Of a stretch of DNA of 64,000 nucleotides, positions 35,630 to 48,086 are shown one piece after another. Below the pieces are notes generated by a model, which worked only from the letters and a program-made list of their open reading frames with translations, did no database searches and was not told where the DNA came from. How positions within the stretch are numbered: position 1 is the first letter of the stretch; each line of letters starts with the position of its first letter. This DNA comes from Takakia lepidozioides (taxonomy: Eukaryota > Plantae > Bryophyta): the NCBI GenBank assembly GCA_030704615.1, contig CM060731.1:56172001-56236000 (forward strand), in the 5' to 3' direction. A program made the position numbers and the translations under genes.

Positions 35630-35850
35630 AGCAGTCAGTAGCTCAGTTGGTTAAGTGCACCGAGTGCCACCCAGATGTGTCTGAGGTCCAATCTTGCTAC
35701 GGCAAGTGTGGTATAGTTCCTGGGCGGTGTCCCACTCATTCGCCTCCATGGCGCATAAATGAAAGAGGTTATTTTCTCCTCTCACCACTAAGGGGCCTGA
35801 TTTGTGAGCTGTCGCTCCCAGGTGTTTCCCTTTTGAATATATATATACAT
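35630..35850 (+). mobile_element. tRNA-derived SINE
   Basis: A box TAGCTCAGTTGG and a degenerate B box GGTCCAATC. The 3' body GGGCCTGA.TTGTGAGC.GTC.CTCCCAGGT is shared with 46585-46795. TA-rich tail. Confidence 0.65.
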
Positions 35851-36086
35851 ATGAAGTCCAAGTCCAAGATCGAGTTTTTGTTGAATTGAAAATAAAATAT
35901 AGTAGAGGACCTGCTTTATACATATATATAGATAAATAGATAGATAAGATACATACGTCACACTTCAAGACATAAGAGATAAGACTTAGCTTTGGTCCAC
36001 AGAGTATGTATCGTTCAGTTTTGGAAATTGAAAGTAGCCAGAGTCCTACAATGGTAAGTAGGTTATGTGCCAGCTTTCAAAAGAGA

Positions 36087-37081
36087 CTACCTTCCAAACT
36101 GGAATTTATTCAGAGAATCTAGCTGATGGAATCCGGTGATTTTGCCAACAGGAGTAAAAACGAACTTTCCAAAGGGCCTAGAGTCTCTGAACAAGCGAAT
36201 GTAATAATCCCTCTTATCACGATACGTTTCAAACGTGAAAGAAGGGATGCCCATAACCTGTTCGATCCAAGAGCCCTCCAAATCACACAAATGATTTTTG
36301 CTGTCACTATCAACAGGTGCGGCATACATCACAATTCCATTTCTCCTCTTGAAGCTTGGAAATATTGGGAAGGTGACAGCTGGAGCAAACCCGTACAAAC
36401 GGTGAACCCCCCCTGGACAAAATAAGGAGAGTTCCTGTAACCTGTATCAAACAACATGGTGTGTTTATTTGAAGAAACAAATGTGACAAGCAGTTCGAAT
36501 TTGTTCTTGACCGCTCCATGTACCGCAACAACAACCACAACAATACAAGCCAAGTCGTGAGGAGAAGTTCGGTTTGTCAACTCCGCAATGGAGTGAGTGT
36601 GAATGAAGTTCAGTTTAACCTCGAAGGGGTCAATGACATCAATTGTTGTTGCTGTCCCAACCCTAATAGCTTCCCTACAATCACCCTTTTCAAAGTCAGA
36701 TCTGTTTTTCACGGAGAAGTTAGAAATCCGGATGTGATTGCCGATGGTCAACTTGTCGGAATGAATGGCGCAGTTGTCCCCTTCAACGCTGAGGCTGATG
36801 GTAGAATATCCACAAGATCACAATGCAAATAGATGTAGCTCTGTCCACCTTTGCCAAATGTACCATAACGGTTGAGCACACGACCTTCGAAAGCTGCATT
36901 GGTCATCTTAGTGTTGATTTCATCAATGGACAAAATGGTAACAGGTGCGGGCCTCTTCATTTTACTAGGACTTGGACTCAGACTGTTTGCGGCTTTTGGA
37001 ATTTTGGAAGAAGAACCCATGGAGCCGCTCGGACTGGATTCATTTACATTGGGAGATTTCACCGGCGATGAATCGGCCATG
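36087..37081 (-). pseudogene. Frameshifted OB-fold (RPA1-like) coding sequence, possibly Helitron-associated
   Basis: Three overlapping ORFs. SIDEINTKMTNAAFEGRVLNRY and LTIGNHIRISNFSVKNR resemble RPA70-type OB-fold strands. Family assignment is by eye only. Confidence 0.4.
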
Positions 37082-38828
37082 GAGGAAACTGTCAGAACTG
37101 CTGGCTTTACACTAGTACGAAAATCTGTGCACAATAAAAGGACTGTAAATAGTCTGTACAGTACATATCAGTGACAGACCTTTTAACGATCTGGAAAGTA
37201 CCATACTTCTGCTTCTTTGTAGTGTTTCTATACTTCAGTTGTCATCCTTGACACGTTCATGTGTAGGTTCTAAGTTTCGCATGAACTTAGCGATCATAGC
37301 TTACATACATTCACAAGTCGAATAGCACAAATTTATTTGTAATGAAAACTGTAGAAAGCACATACACAGATATGTTACCTTGGTAGGGAGTGAAAAAATG
37401 TTGAAGCTGCAAAGGTTTGTATCCAAAGCTTTGCAGTACGTGATTGGAAATAACAAAGATGAAGACAGAACCGTTGCACAGCTTGTTTACCTTCAACGTA
37501 AGAGAGCTAGAGCCAAACAGGAACTGATTCTGCGAGCCTGCAGAGAAACCAAGCAGCACCACACGACATCAATGTATTGCGAAGAAAACGGCATCATTTA
37601 AAGTTAAGGCGGTTGTTTGCCACTTTTATGGAGTTGCAATTTCTACGGCAAAAACATTACATTTGTTATCTGAATAGCATGATGATTTGAACCCTAGCGT
37701 TTCGCACTTCGTTGATAGATATCATGATAACCCAAAATGCTTTCATGATTTGTTAGAGCGATTGCAAATAATATCCACTGCACTGAATTGTATCTGGCAA
37801 TCTAACAAAACGAGAACTGAGAAAGCACATAACAGAGTTTGTTTCAAATACCTGGTCAATCGCAGGCATACGACAAATTGCTCTTGCTCGGGAAAAATAT
37901 CCAAAGAAAACAGAATCCTGCTGTCAAATGGCCGAGCTTGCTAGCTTAGTTCTTGTATTGAGAAATAAAGAACAATTTGCCAATAGACATGAGACAAAAT
38001 AAGGTACATAAGTTCATGAAAGGAAGCATTATCTCCAATAGCAATTCGTTTAATAGTCTTGGTCCAGACTTAAAGACAATTTAAGACAGATCATTGTCTA
38101 TCCTGTAAAGTCATGAAATGGGGTCATCAATTTTGGCAGGTGTGACCATTCTTAGTGTCCAGGTGTGAATGTAGGATCAAAGTGAAGTACAAAGAATGGA
38201 GAGGTGAAGTAGAAAATACCTGCGTTATGCGGATATATTGTTGATGAGTACAAAAGTCGATCAACCTGAAGGACACGGAAAAATAAAAACATGTATGTAA
38301 ACAATTTCTATCTGCCATGGATAAGACCATGACCCAAAACTAGTTCTTTTCGTTATAGCAGTTTGCTATTCCTCCTCAAGACACAAGAACCCTTAGAAAT
38401 GGCTGTACATTCATGTACCTTCAATTGGCAACCTCATTTTTACTGACAACCTCATCTTTGCATCACACTGCTCACGCTTGCAATATAGACATGACACAAT
38501 TATGACGATATGATCCAAATACTGTTAATAACGGATCTGGAATGTTAGGTTTACTGGTTTTACAAACTGTGTATGGAAAATAAATGATTATTTGTGATCA
38601 TACAAAACGTTAGGCTGAAGTACTCACACAGTTGAAAGCTGAAGGTGCGTCTGGCTGAAGGTGCGTCAGGTCCAGTAGATCATGAACAAGACTTCAATAT
38701 CAGAACAGGACCAAAAGCAGATAAGAGTGACAAGAGCATGGCATAAATGCCTTCGTTGACACAAGAAATAAGAAAATGAGAGAAGATAGTAAGATCCCAC
38801 CCACTTGAAATTACTGACACCAAGCAAC

Positions 38829-39155
38829 TAAAGTGGATCAAGTAAGGAAAGCTTACTGTCAAAAAGGTCTGACTTCCAACTTTCTAAGAGCTCACTATAT
38901 ACTGAAGCTCTGAATAGCTCTGCAAGGAAGTCCAAGTTCTCCCTTGGATGGTCAAGCCTGCAGAGAGTGGGGCAGCAACTAAGTGTGGTGGTCATCATAG
39001 ATCGCTAAGCTTAACTGGGCTCACCACTACGCAAGGTGGCTTCTATATGTAACTGCTAAATTATGTGCTAAATATTAAACCTAGTAGTAGCATCTAAGAG
39101 TAGCATCTAAGAGTTAATCCTACTTTGATCATGTTGTGGATCTCCATCTCCAACA
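38829..39155 (-). repeat. Copia 3' LTR (327 bp)
   Basis: Direct repeat of 43547-43870 with about nine substitutions and two small indels, counted by eye. Confidence 0.95.
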
Positions 39156-42100
39156 CCTCCCCTCGAACTTTAGAAGCTTGACAGCCCGCTGCAACTTCAA
39201 AGCGAGTTTAATGTCAACATGGTGTTCTCCAAAATAGATCTGCTCAACGTTCAGAGAGTGGAGTGTTTAGCCATCGGAGAAACATTATGCTGCGATTTGT
39301 GGACAAGTTTCCTCCTTTCAGACCCAGACAGCCACCAAGAAACAGACTCCCTTAGAAATCAATTGTTCGCACCAAGCTAAGTTCATCTCGAAGCTTTTCG
39401 AAGAGGGTCCGACCCAATGGCTTAGTAAGAATGTCCGCCAGTTGATCTCCGGATGGAACGTGATTGATTTTCAACTCTCCTGACTTTTTCCCTAATAAAA
39501 TGGTGACGGATTTCTATGTGCTTCATTCTGTCGTGAAAGACTGGATTTTCTGATAGCTTGATTGCACTTTGATTGTCACACATCATCTGCGTGGGTTCTT
39601 TCTCATCAAGGAATTGTAGTTGTGAAAGAAGCCTTCTTAACCACACCGCCTCCTTAGCACCACTAGTCATAGCCATGTATTCAGCTTCTGTCGAAGACAG
39701 AGCCGTGCATGGCTGTTTGTTTCCTGCTTCCCCAAGAGATGGGACTTGAACCTAGTCTGAACAGATATCATGTGGTGGACTTCCGATCGTTGAGGTCGCC
39801 GGCCCAGTCTGCATCTGAGTATCCAGTGAGGATGCTTGCTTCCTCTCGCTGGTAACAAACCCCCAAATCCATAGTACCTTTGATATATCTAAATAGATGT
39901 TTGATGGCGTCCATGTGTGGGGTTTGAGGCTGGTTGGAGAATCTGCTCACCATGTTCACGGCGAAAGAGATGTCCGGCCGTGTTTGAGTAAGAAAGTTTA
40001 AATTCCCAACCATTCGTTGATAGAGTTGGGTGTCCACCGCTGGTGCTCCCATGTCGATCTTGAGTTTGAGCCCTGGGAGCATGGGCGTGATTGCTGTGTT
40101 GCATTGCCCATATCCAAATTCTTCTAGCATTTGGGCCGCGTAGCCCCTTTGAGTCACAATGATCCCTTCAGGTTGAAAGAAATACTCAAGCCCAAGAGAG
40201 TCCTTGATTAGACCCATGTCTGTCATCTCAAAGCGTTTCTTGATCTCTGATCGTATCCATTGCAGCTTGTTGTCATGGTTACCAGTAAGATAAACATCAT
40301 CTACATACAGCATGAGTAGGACAATTCCGTCTCCTTCTCTGAAGTAATATAAGTTTCCATCCGAGTTTGTGCGCTTCAATACTTGTTCTTGAAGGTAATT
40401 GTCTATTTTGGTGTACTAGGCATGCGGTGCCTAACGAAGACCATACAAGGCCTTACGCAACTTGGAAACCTTGCTCTCTTTCCCCTTAGCCTCGAAGCCT
40501 TCAGGTTGCTGGATAAACACTTCCTCTGTCAATTCACCGTTTAAGAAGGCAGTTTTGACATCTAAGTGAAATATAGGCCAACCATTTTGACCTGCTAGTG
40601 CTGTAACAGCTTGCAAGGTGTTGTATTTGGCCATCGGCGCGTAGGTCTCGTCAAAATCCTCCCCTGCTCGTTGTTGGAAACCACGAGCCACCAAACACGC
40701 CTTCAATTTGGCAGTGGTTCCATCTGCGTGTGTTTTGTCTTTATAGATCCATTTGGTGGTAATGGGTTGTCTACTGGGGGCAGATCTTCAAGAGTCCATG
40801 TGAATTGAGGCCATTTCCTCTTCCATGGCGTTGACCCATCCTGGGTGTCGAGATGCTTCGGCATAGGTGGTGGGTTCTAGGAGAGCTTTAGACAAACCCA
40901 CCACGAAATCATGGAATCGTCTTGGAGGGTGAATGGCTCGGCCAGTGCGCGTATATACACCTTCTTGTAGTGGTGAAATTGCCTCTAGTTGCCCGTGCAT
41001 ACTGGAGGTCGAGGCAGAACTATCCTCTAAGTCTACACTTGACTGACCTGTAGATGATGACATAGAAGGCAAGGATTCATGAAGAGTATCTGAGTTTGGG
41101 TCATGCAATCCTTCGAACAAGTTGTCATCAGTCCTTCAGGTGGTTCTTGGACTGGTGAAAGCTCCAAAAAATCAGGAGACTTTTGTTGTGGGAGCTCCCG
41201 CCGTGGTCTGTCCGGCTAGCTATCGGCTGGCCACGAGAAATTAATGTTGTGATCTTCAAGTGGTTGTCTATCAGCAGCAGCTAGGATATAGTGCATGTGA
41301 TCCTCATCAAAAACAACATCCTTAGAGATGATTATCTTGCTCATCCCTGGACAAAAGCATCTATAGCCCTTGGTGCTAGTGTCATAACCCAAAAGTACAC
41401 ACCTCATGGATTTTGGTGACCATTTGGTCTGGTGAGAGTTGATGTGGACAAAGCATACACAGCCGAACACTCGCAAGTGTTTGACATTAGGCGGGGCTCC
41501 AAATAATTTTTGGTGTGGTGTGATGCCATTGTTCGCCCTTGTAGGAGACATATTGACAAGGTAATTTGTTGTGCTGACAGTCTCTGCCCAAAGATGTGCT
41601 GGAAGATGGGCCCCGAAGGCCAAGCTCCTGGCTCGCTCTATCAGAGTTCGGTTCTTCCTCTCTGCGATCCCATTTTGATGCGGGGTGTTAGATTGGGTAA
41701 ACTGTTGTGTTATGCCATGATCTGCACAAAAATTTGAGAATGCAGTGAGCAGTACTCCCCACCTTTGTCTGATCACAACACTTTGATAGTACGTCCAAAC
41801 TGTTTCTCAACTCTGGACTTAAATTGCTTGAACAAGATGAAGGTGTCACTTTTCTTCCGAAGGAAGAAGACCCAACAGTACCGACTATAATCGTCTGTAA
41901 ATGTAAGAACATACAAAGCTCTAGAGAGAGAGGCTGTGGACAGTGGTCCACAGATATCAGTGTAGATCATATCAAGAGGCGATGAACCACAGGCGATGAA
42001 CTCCTGTGAAGACTCTTCTTTGGATCTTTCTCCCGACTTTGCTTTCCAAGCGCACAAGCATGACAGACATCATGGCTCATGGATAGATTTTGAGGAAGAT

Positions 42101-43546
42101 TGACGGCAAGACCTTTATGCGATAAGAAATTCAGACTCTTGTAATTCAAGTGGCCCAACCGGTGATGCCAGATCCGTGTGAGGTCCGTGCTACTTTCCTC
42201 TGTGCCTATGAATGATTCATTCAACACCAATAGTTTGTAAAGGCCATTCGATAGATCACGAATTCCTTTACCGAGTACCTCAAGGCCAGCATAAAGCAAG
42301 AAAACATTCTTGTCGTAAAAGAGAAGTCTAAGTCCTTTGTCAGTCAAGGTACCAAGTCAAGGTACCAACAGATAGCAAATTCTTGCATACACCCGGGGCA
42401 TACAAAACTTCTTCCTTTATTGCATCATTCTTGACAGGAATCACAATATTGCCTTTCCCGGCTACTTGGTGGTACAGGCCTCCAGCAGTTTTGACCTTGG
42501 ATTTTCCTCTCTTTTTTATATTGGATAGAAGACTGTCATTGCCCGAGACATCTTAGTGGCCCCGCTATCCACATACCAATCAGATGCATCGCGGTACTGA
42601 GCTACGTTGAGCTCGAGGATATCTGCAGCCAGATTGTTAGTGGGAGCATCATTGCGCTCCTGAAAATTATCGATCTCCTCATCGCTACTGTCTTCAATGA
42701 TGTTGACAGAATTTTTGAGTCGTTCGGCAGCACGACACTTATCTCATTTGACGTTGCAGCTCCCCTCACGCTTGATAGTGGCCCTCTTCCGATATTTATT
42801 GTCGGTGGGCTGGCTCTTATATTTAGACTTGATCAGCAAAGCCTCACGGTCAATTTTTTTTCCACGAGCCTCCCGAATTTCTAGCTTGGCTTCGTCCAAT
42901 AGAAGAATACCAATCAATTCATTGAGCGTTGGAAGTTGAGGTCGGTAGATCAAGGTGCATGCCAGCGATTCCAAGCTCTCAGGTAGAGAATTCAGAATCT
43001 GCTCCACCAGGTCCTCTTCACGGATAGGTTCTCCGATGTTGGCTAGTTGGTTGATAATCTCTTTGAGCTGCTTGATGAACTCTGTCACCGATCCGCCATT
43101 CTCCAGTCGAATGGTGGTGAGGTGGCTCTTGAGCAATAGACGACGTGCTCCACTTTTATGCTCATTCAGGTCCTTCAAAGTCTGCCACATGAGCGCTGGA
43201 TCTGTGATCCATGCTAAGTGTGGAATTATTTCATCTCGCACGAGAGACTGATTATCGTCAGTGGCGGACTCTCCTTCCCTCTCTTGGAATTCTCCCTCGG
43301 CATTGGGCTCTACGATATCTATCAGTTCATCCCTTTGTAAGAAGCTGGAAACACGGAACTTCCAGGTATTGTAGTTGGAAAGTCCACCTAGCTTTGAGAC
43401 CTCTGATACATTGCTTTCCCCGTGGGCCATGCTGACACTCTCACAAATACTACGGAGTTACACTGTTGTTACTGTCACCTAGCAAAAGTGCTATCCGAAG
43501 TCCTAATGTTCAGCAAAGGGTCCACTACTAACCTGCTCGGATACCA

Positions 43547-43870
43547 TAAAGTGGATCAAGTAAGGAAAGCTTACTGTCAAAAAGGTCTGACTTCCAACTT
43601 TCTAAGAGCTCACTATATACTGAAGCTCTGAACAGCTCTGCAAGGAAGTCCAAGTTCTCCCTTGGATGGTCAAGCCTGCAGAGAGTGGGGCAGCAACTAA
43701 GTGGTGGTCATCATAGATCGCTAAGCTTAACTGGGCTCACCACTACGCAGGGTGGCTTCTCCGTGTAACTGCTAACTTACGTGCTAAATATTAAACCTAG
43801 TAGTAGCATCTAAGAGTAGCATCTAAGAGTTAATCCTACTTGACCATGCTGTGGATCTCCATCTCCAACA
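43547..43870 (-). repeat. Copia 5' LTR (324 bp)
   Basis: The - strand begins TGTTGGAG and ends CCACTTTA, directly abutting the PBS. Confidence 0.95.
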
Positions 43871-46584
43871 GCGCAGGTTCTTTTACAAAAGAGACCACGA
43901 AAGCTATCAACCAGGACAGAAGAGAAAGAAATCTCACTAATTTGCAGGTCATGCCATGGATGTGACCGATCCATGGATTCCAGGATCTGTTCGTAATAAA
44001 TCACTATTCAACAATCCCGAAGTTTCCAAAACTAGATCTACTATTTTGTTCCTCAGGTCCTACAAATGGAAATGGTGACAGCCTCCCTAGACGAGCCCTA
44101 GACGACTGTATATAAGAGGGAGTTCTACCACGCGATAAGTACAAGGAACCCACCAGTTGCAAACTGCAAAACCTCACATAATTTAATGAAGATTGATGTG
44201 GCGATTTGAACCAGACAAGAAAAACCATCCGTGGCTCTAGTAGTTTCCAACCACACTGAATGCTCATCTGCTTATTCATCTGCATATAGCCGGCATAACA
44301 GTCTTCCTCGCAGATATGGGGGATCCTGCATTCGTCCTTACACCTCTCGTAACTCTTATAGCTGTCCATACAGTCCCCCTTACAACTATTACTGAGCAAT
44401 GAACGCAAAGTTCATTTTTCTTTCATGGATAATAGTATCAATCATAAACTTGTTACGAAAATTCTGGACAAATATGAACATATCTAGATGATACAGGCTG
44501 ATCGGGGTTCAAATAAATTAAAGCTTCCATTGCCAGCAACAAATTGTTGTGTTACTCAAAGACTCAAAGATTATGGTCGACTGTTGAGGTCGTTCTCGAT
44601 GAGGATGATCGTGAGTGGAAAATACCCTAGAATTGTTGCAAAGCTCCTGACCATAAAATTTAGTTGCAGACTTGCAGGGATAGACGTGATTTATAGAAAT
44701 TTGAACTTGTAACTGACATTTGATTTTGTAGACAAATACATGGACAACGTGACAGTAATCATAATACTAGTGTTGAGATTTCTAAGATTGTCAACTACTC
44801 ACTTTGGCAGGTTGCATACAAATAGATGCAAGAAGTCTCACCTTGTGCACGTTCCCGTCCCTCTTCACGTTTTGGATCACGTCTCTTTCGTTTCAGATTG
44901 CAGTCTATGACTCCACTGGAGCACACGATAACCCCTATTTCATTGCAAGTTGCTTGGCCTTGAATTAAAGATCTTGCCCTGCCGTCTTCCATTCCACGTA
45001 AAGGCCATGGGCTTCTCTTCACTACTTCTCTCCAATTTAATGACGGCCTGATCCGATGTACTCCTTTAGGTATATAATATGCGTTAAACATGCACGTTAG
45101 TTCTAAAAATAATGAATGCCTTAGAGGCACATTAATGTAGAGTTGTTTGTTTCCGGTAAATACTCTAACTTGTTGAATAGTCGGCAGAAGAGTCAGATTT
45201 GTGATTGTGGCCCTTGTGCGCACTTTTTGTGATTTATGGGACTTCTAATACACTCAACCTCCATTTGAATTCAATCTCTCAAACTTGCAGGAAAGCACAT
45301 GACCCCTGCTAAGGCACTGAGAGAAGGCCTAGTTCACAGGCCAGTGGCAACAGCAGGAAAACCACTACAGTATCCATTCACAGTCTCGGAGGACCTTGGC
45401 TTTTGGGAAAGACTCCTCACGTAGTTATATGTGTGTACTCCGTTCCAATAGTCTTCAAATAGTTGTGTGTCTTTGCCTCTTGTTCCTACGCCTTCATACG
45501 TGCCCCAAAGAAACACACTGATTGACTAAACTAGTATTTTTAGTTTATAGCCGTGCCATAGTATTTTCCTGGCTTCCCACAAAGAGCTTTCAATAACTTG
45601 ATCACTGGGACTTGGAGAAGAAGAACAAAACGCCTCACGATCGCGCCCTGATCGTGTAAGCCAGGCTACGTGTTTAAAATTAATGTAATGCCACGAGTTA
45701 CAAAAAATTTAGGGCTTTTGTTGGCACAAACTTTTAACTATGTTATGTGTGAGCAGTACGATGATTTAAACCCTGTACCATGTGCTTCATATAGCGTAGA
45801 GAATTGTCCTAGTGACGAAGAGTGCTTTGGCGATCCGCTAGAAAACCTGACAGCTTCTTTATATTTAACCAGGAAAGAAAGAAACTATTCGACACGTCTC
45901 CTTCTATCCAAGTTCTGATGATAAACGTGTTTTCTTCATCCCTTTCTCAATCGTTTTAATTACGTCACCTAAACACCTCAATTCATAGGGTTATTTTAAG
46001 GCTTCATTTAATTAAATTTCAACTAATGACAATTAATACAATTAATCCAGCAACAACAATGAAACTTTCATTATTTCATCCAACAAGCAACTTCACCTAA
46101 CACAGATACGCCACAAATGTTATATATGGACACGTTCCCATTTTGAATACATATACGTTCCCAATATCTTTCATGGGAACAACCCATGATATAAGGTTAA
46201 GGTTCAACTCACCAAACTGATGCGTAGTCCCTACCCTTAAAAAAAGGGCAGTGCCAATAAACCCAGATGAAGCCATAAGGCTAAAAACACATCCAATGGA
46301 TGAGGGATGAGCCCAGATAATAGTAAGAGAGACCACCTGAAAGGTGAAATTCGCCGATAAGTAAAAGGTTCTGCGAAGGCCTGGGGAGGGAGGCTGGACG
46401 ACCATTGTCAGCCACGTGCCCATCCCCTCCTATGATGAATGTGTAAGGGAAGGCCCCTGCCCGAACGTGAAGAACTGCTCAGAGTTTTCATCCAATCTGC
46501 AGAATGTTCCTCCAATTTGAGCGGGAGTATTTCGAGGCATATTCCCATCAGGGAGGACCTTGAATCATATAAGAAAATTTTGGG

Positions 46585-46795
46585 CATTTTTTTATTTTAT
46601 TTTTTTCTTTCTTTTGAAAGGAAACCTGGGAGTGACTGCTCACAATTCAGGCCCTTGAGGAGGGGGAAAAATTAACCCCCTTTCAGATCAGCCATTAGGT
46701 ACACAGGTGGGAAACGTCAGTCACGCAGCGGGTTTGAACCCAGAACCACCAGGGCGACACTGTGCACTTAGCAGCTGAGCTACCAGCTGATGTGC
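46585..46795 (-). mobile_element. tRNA-derived SINE, second family member
   Basis: The - strand reads TAGCTCAGCTGCTAAGTGCAC..GGGTTCAAACCC (A and B boxes), followed by the shared 3' body and an A-rich tail. Confidence 0.7.
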
Positions 46796-47002
46796 TGGGC
46801 AGTTCTTTACGCGTTAAAAGAATCCCCCTGTTCATTGTTTTAAAAACAAAAAATAAATAAATAAATAAATGCCAAAAAACATATAAAAAAATTCTGTTTG
46901 TTGTGCACCATGACCAGGAAATTGTATGGCAAAGAATCGTGAAAGCTGGCTGAGTGGACATAAGAGTGAACGCGCACGGTGCAGAGGGGAGAGGGACCTG
47001 CC

Positions 47003-48049
47003 GGATATTTGTAATCTAAGATTAGCCTAAAGAGAGGCTTGTCCCTACAAGATAGGCCCTCATTAATGGCTATAATAAAGCCATACTACCATTAAGGAAC
47101 CAGCCCCCACTCTCGGCCCACATGCCCCTTCCCTCGCCATACTCCTCACCATGAATGCGGGCCCTACCATGCTTTATGAGCCCTCCCCCATGCTCTATGC
47201 GAGGCCCCATGCTCCATAGCATGTTTGTTATCCATGGATGAATTTAAGGATGAATTTAAGGATGGATAGGTTAGGGTCTTTTAGGTCGGCGGCTGGTTTA
47301 GGGTTTTGTTTGTTTGGTGCTTAGTGAGTTCTTTGCAAACTAGCTGAGTTCTTTTTATTATGTTTGCATTGTGAATGGTATGCAAGTGGTATGCTAGGAA
47401 TGCGCTTCCTCCAAACATATTAAGGTATACCATCATGCAGGGAAACCTCGACCACAGTTTCCTCTAGATATATCTTATATCACTTAAGTGATATGTTAGG
47501 GAAGCCTCGACCGCGGTTCTTCCAAACATATCTTATATCACCTAAGTGATATGTCAGGGAAACCTCGACCGCAGTTTCCTCTAAACATCTCTTGTATCAC
47601 TTAAGTGATAAGCCAGAGAAACCTTGACGGAGATTTCCTCGAAGCTCTTGAACGCCCCGGACCACATCAAGTGTTTAGTGATCCACAAGCTCACCTCACT
47701 AATCTAATCTACTCATAATCGCGTCCACTAATCCACTCACCAATCTATATAACCCCGCTGTTTGCTTTGGGAGCCAAGATAATTAAAACAGTCGTTACCC
47801 TAACCTCACCCCTAACCTCATCCATTTTAGACTCATCCTGCTAAAATCATCTATGGATAACAAACATGACCATGGAGCATGGGGGAAGGCGCATGGAGCA
47901 TGGCAGGGCAAGCATGCATGGCGAGGAAATAGAAGGTGGGTCCTCTAGGGGGGCACCTTGCTCTTGGCATTAATGACGAAGCCCATTAATGTGCCCTGTC
48001 TTGTAGGGACAAGGCCTCTCTTTAGGCTAATCCTAGATTGCAAATATCC
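47003..48049. mobile_element. Non-autonomous TIR element with internal 59-bp tandem repeats
   Basis: About 65-bp terminal inverted repeats (GGATATTTG.AATCTA.GATTAGCCTAAAGAGAGG..) with further inverted similarity inward. Tandem units start at 47439, 47498, 47556 and 47615. Confidence 0.8.
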
Positions 48050-48086
48050 CCAGGCCAGGGACTTGACAGTGGCACCACTACATACA

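Larger units (their letters stand above)
38829..43870 (-). mobile_element. Full-length but decayed Ty1/Copia LTR retrotransposon
   Basis: LTR pair, Met-i-type PBS TGGTATCCGAGC (43546-43535) and PPT at 39156-39164. Coding pieces: gag (NYNTWKFRV), protease (WYVDSG), pre-integrase WHHRLGH, integrase (PHQNGIAERKNRT), RT (LDVKTAFL, YVDD) and RNase H (YSDADWA, KHIEIRHHFIRE). Confidence 0.96.

Noticed and set aside
35630-35710. Functional tRNA gene (also 46715-46790)
   Set aside because: No convincing cloverleaf or acceptor stem. The shared non-tRNA 3' body and tail indicate a SINE.
43900-45520. Cys-rich ORF 44004-44408 and ORF 44795-45223 as a gene
   Set aside because: No recognisable family and no consistent exon chain could be built. 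Left unannotated.
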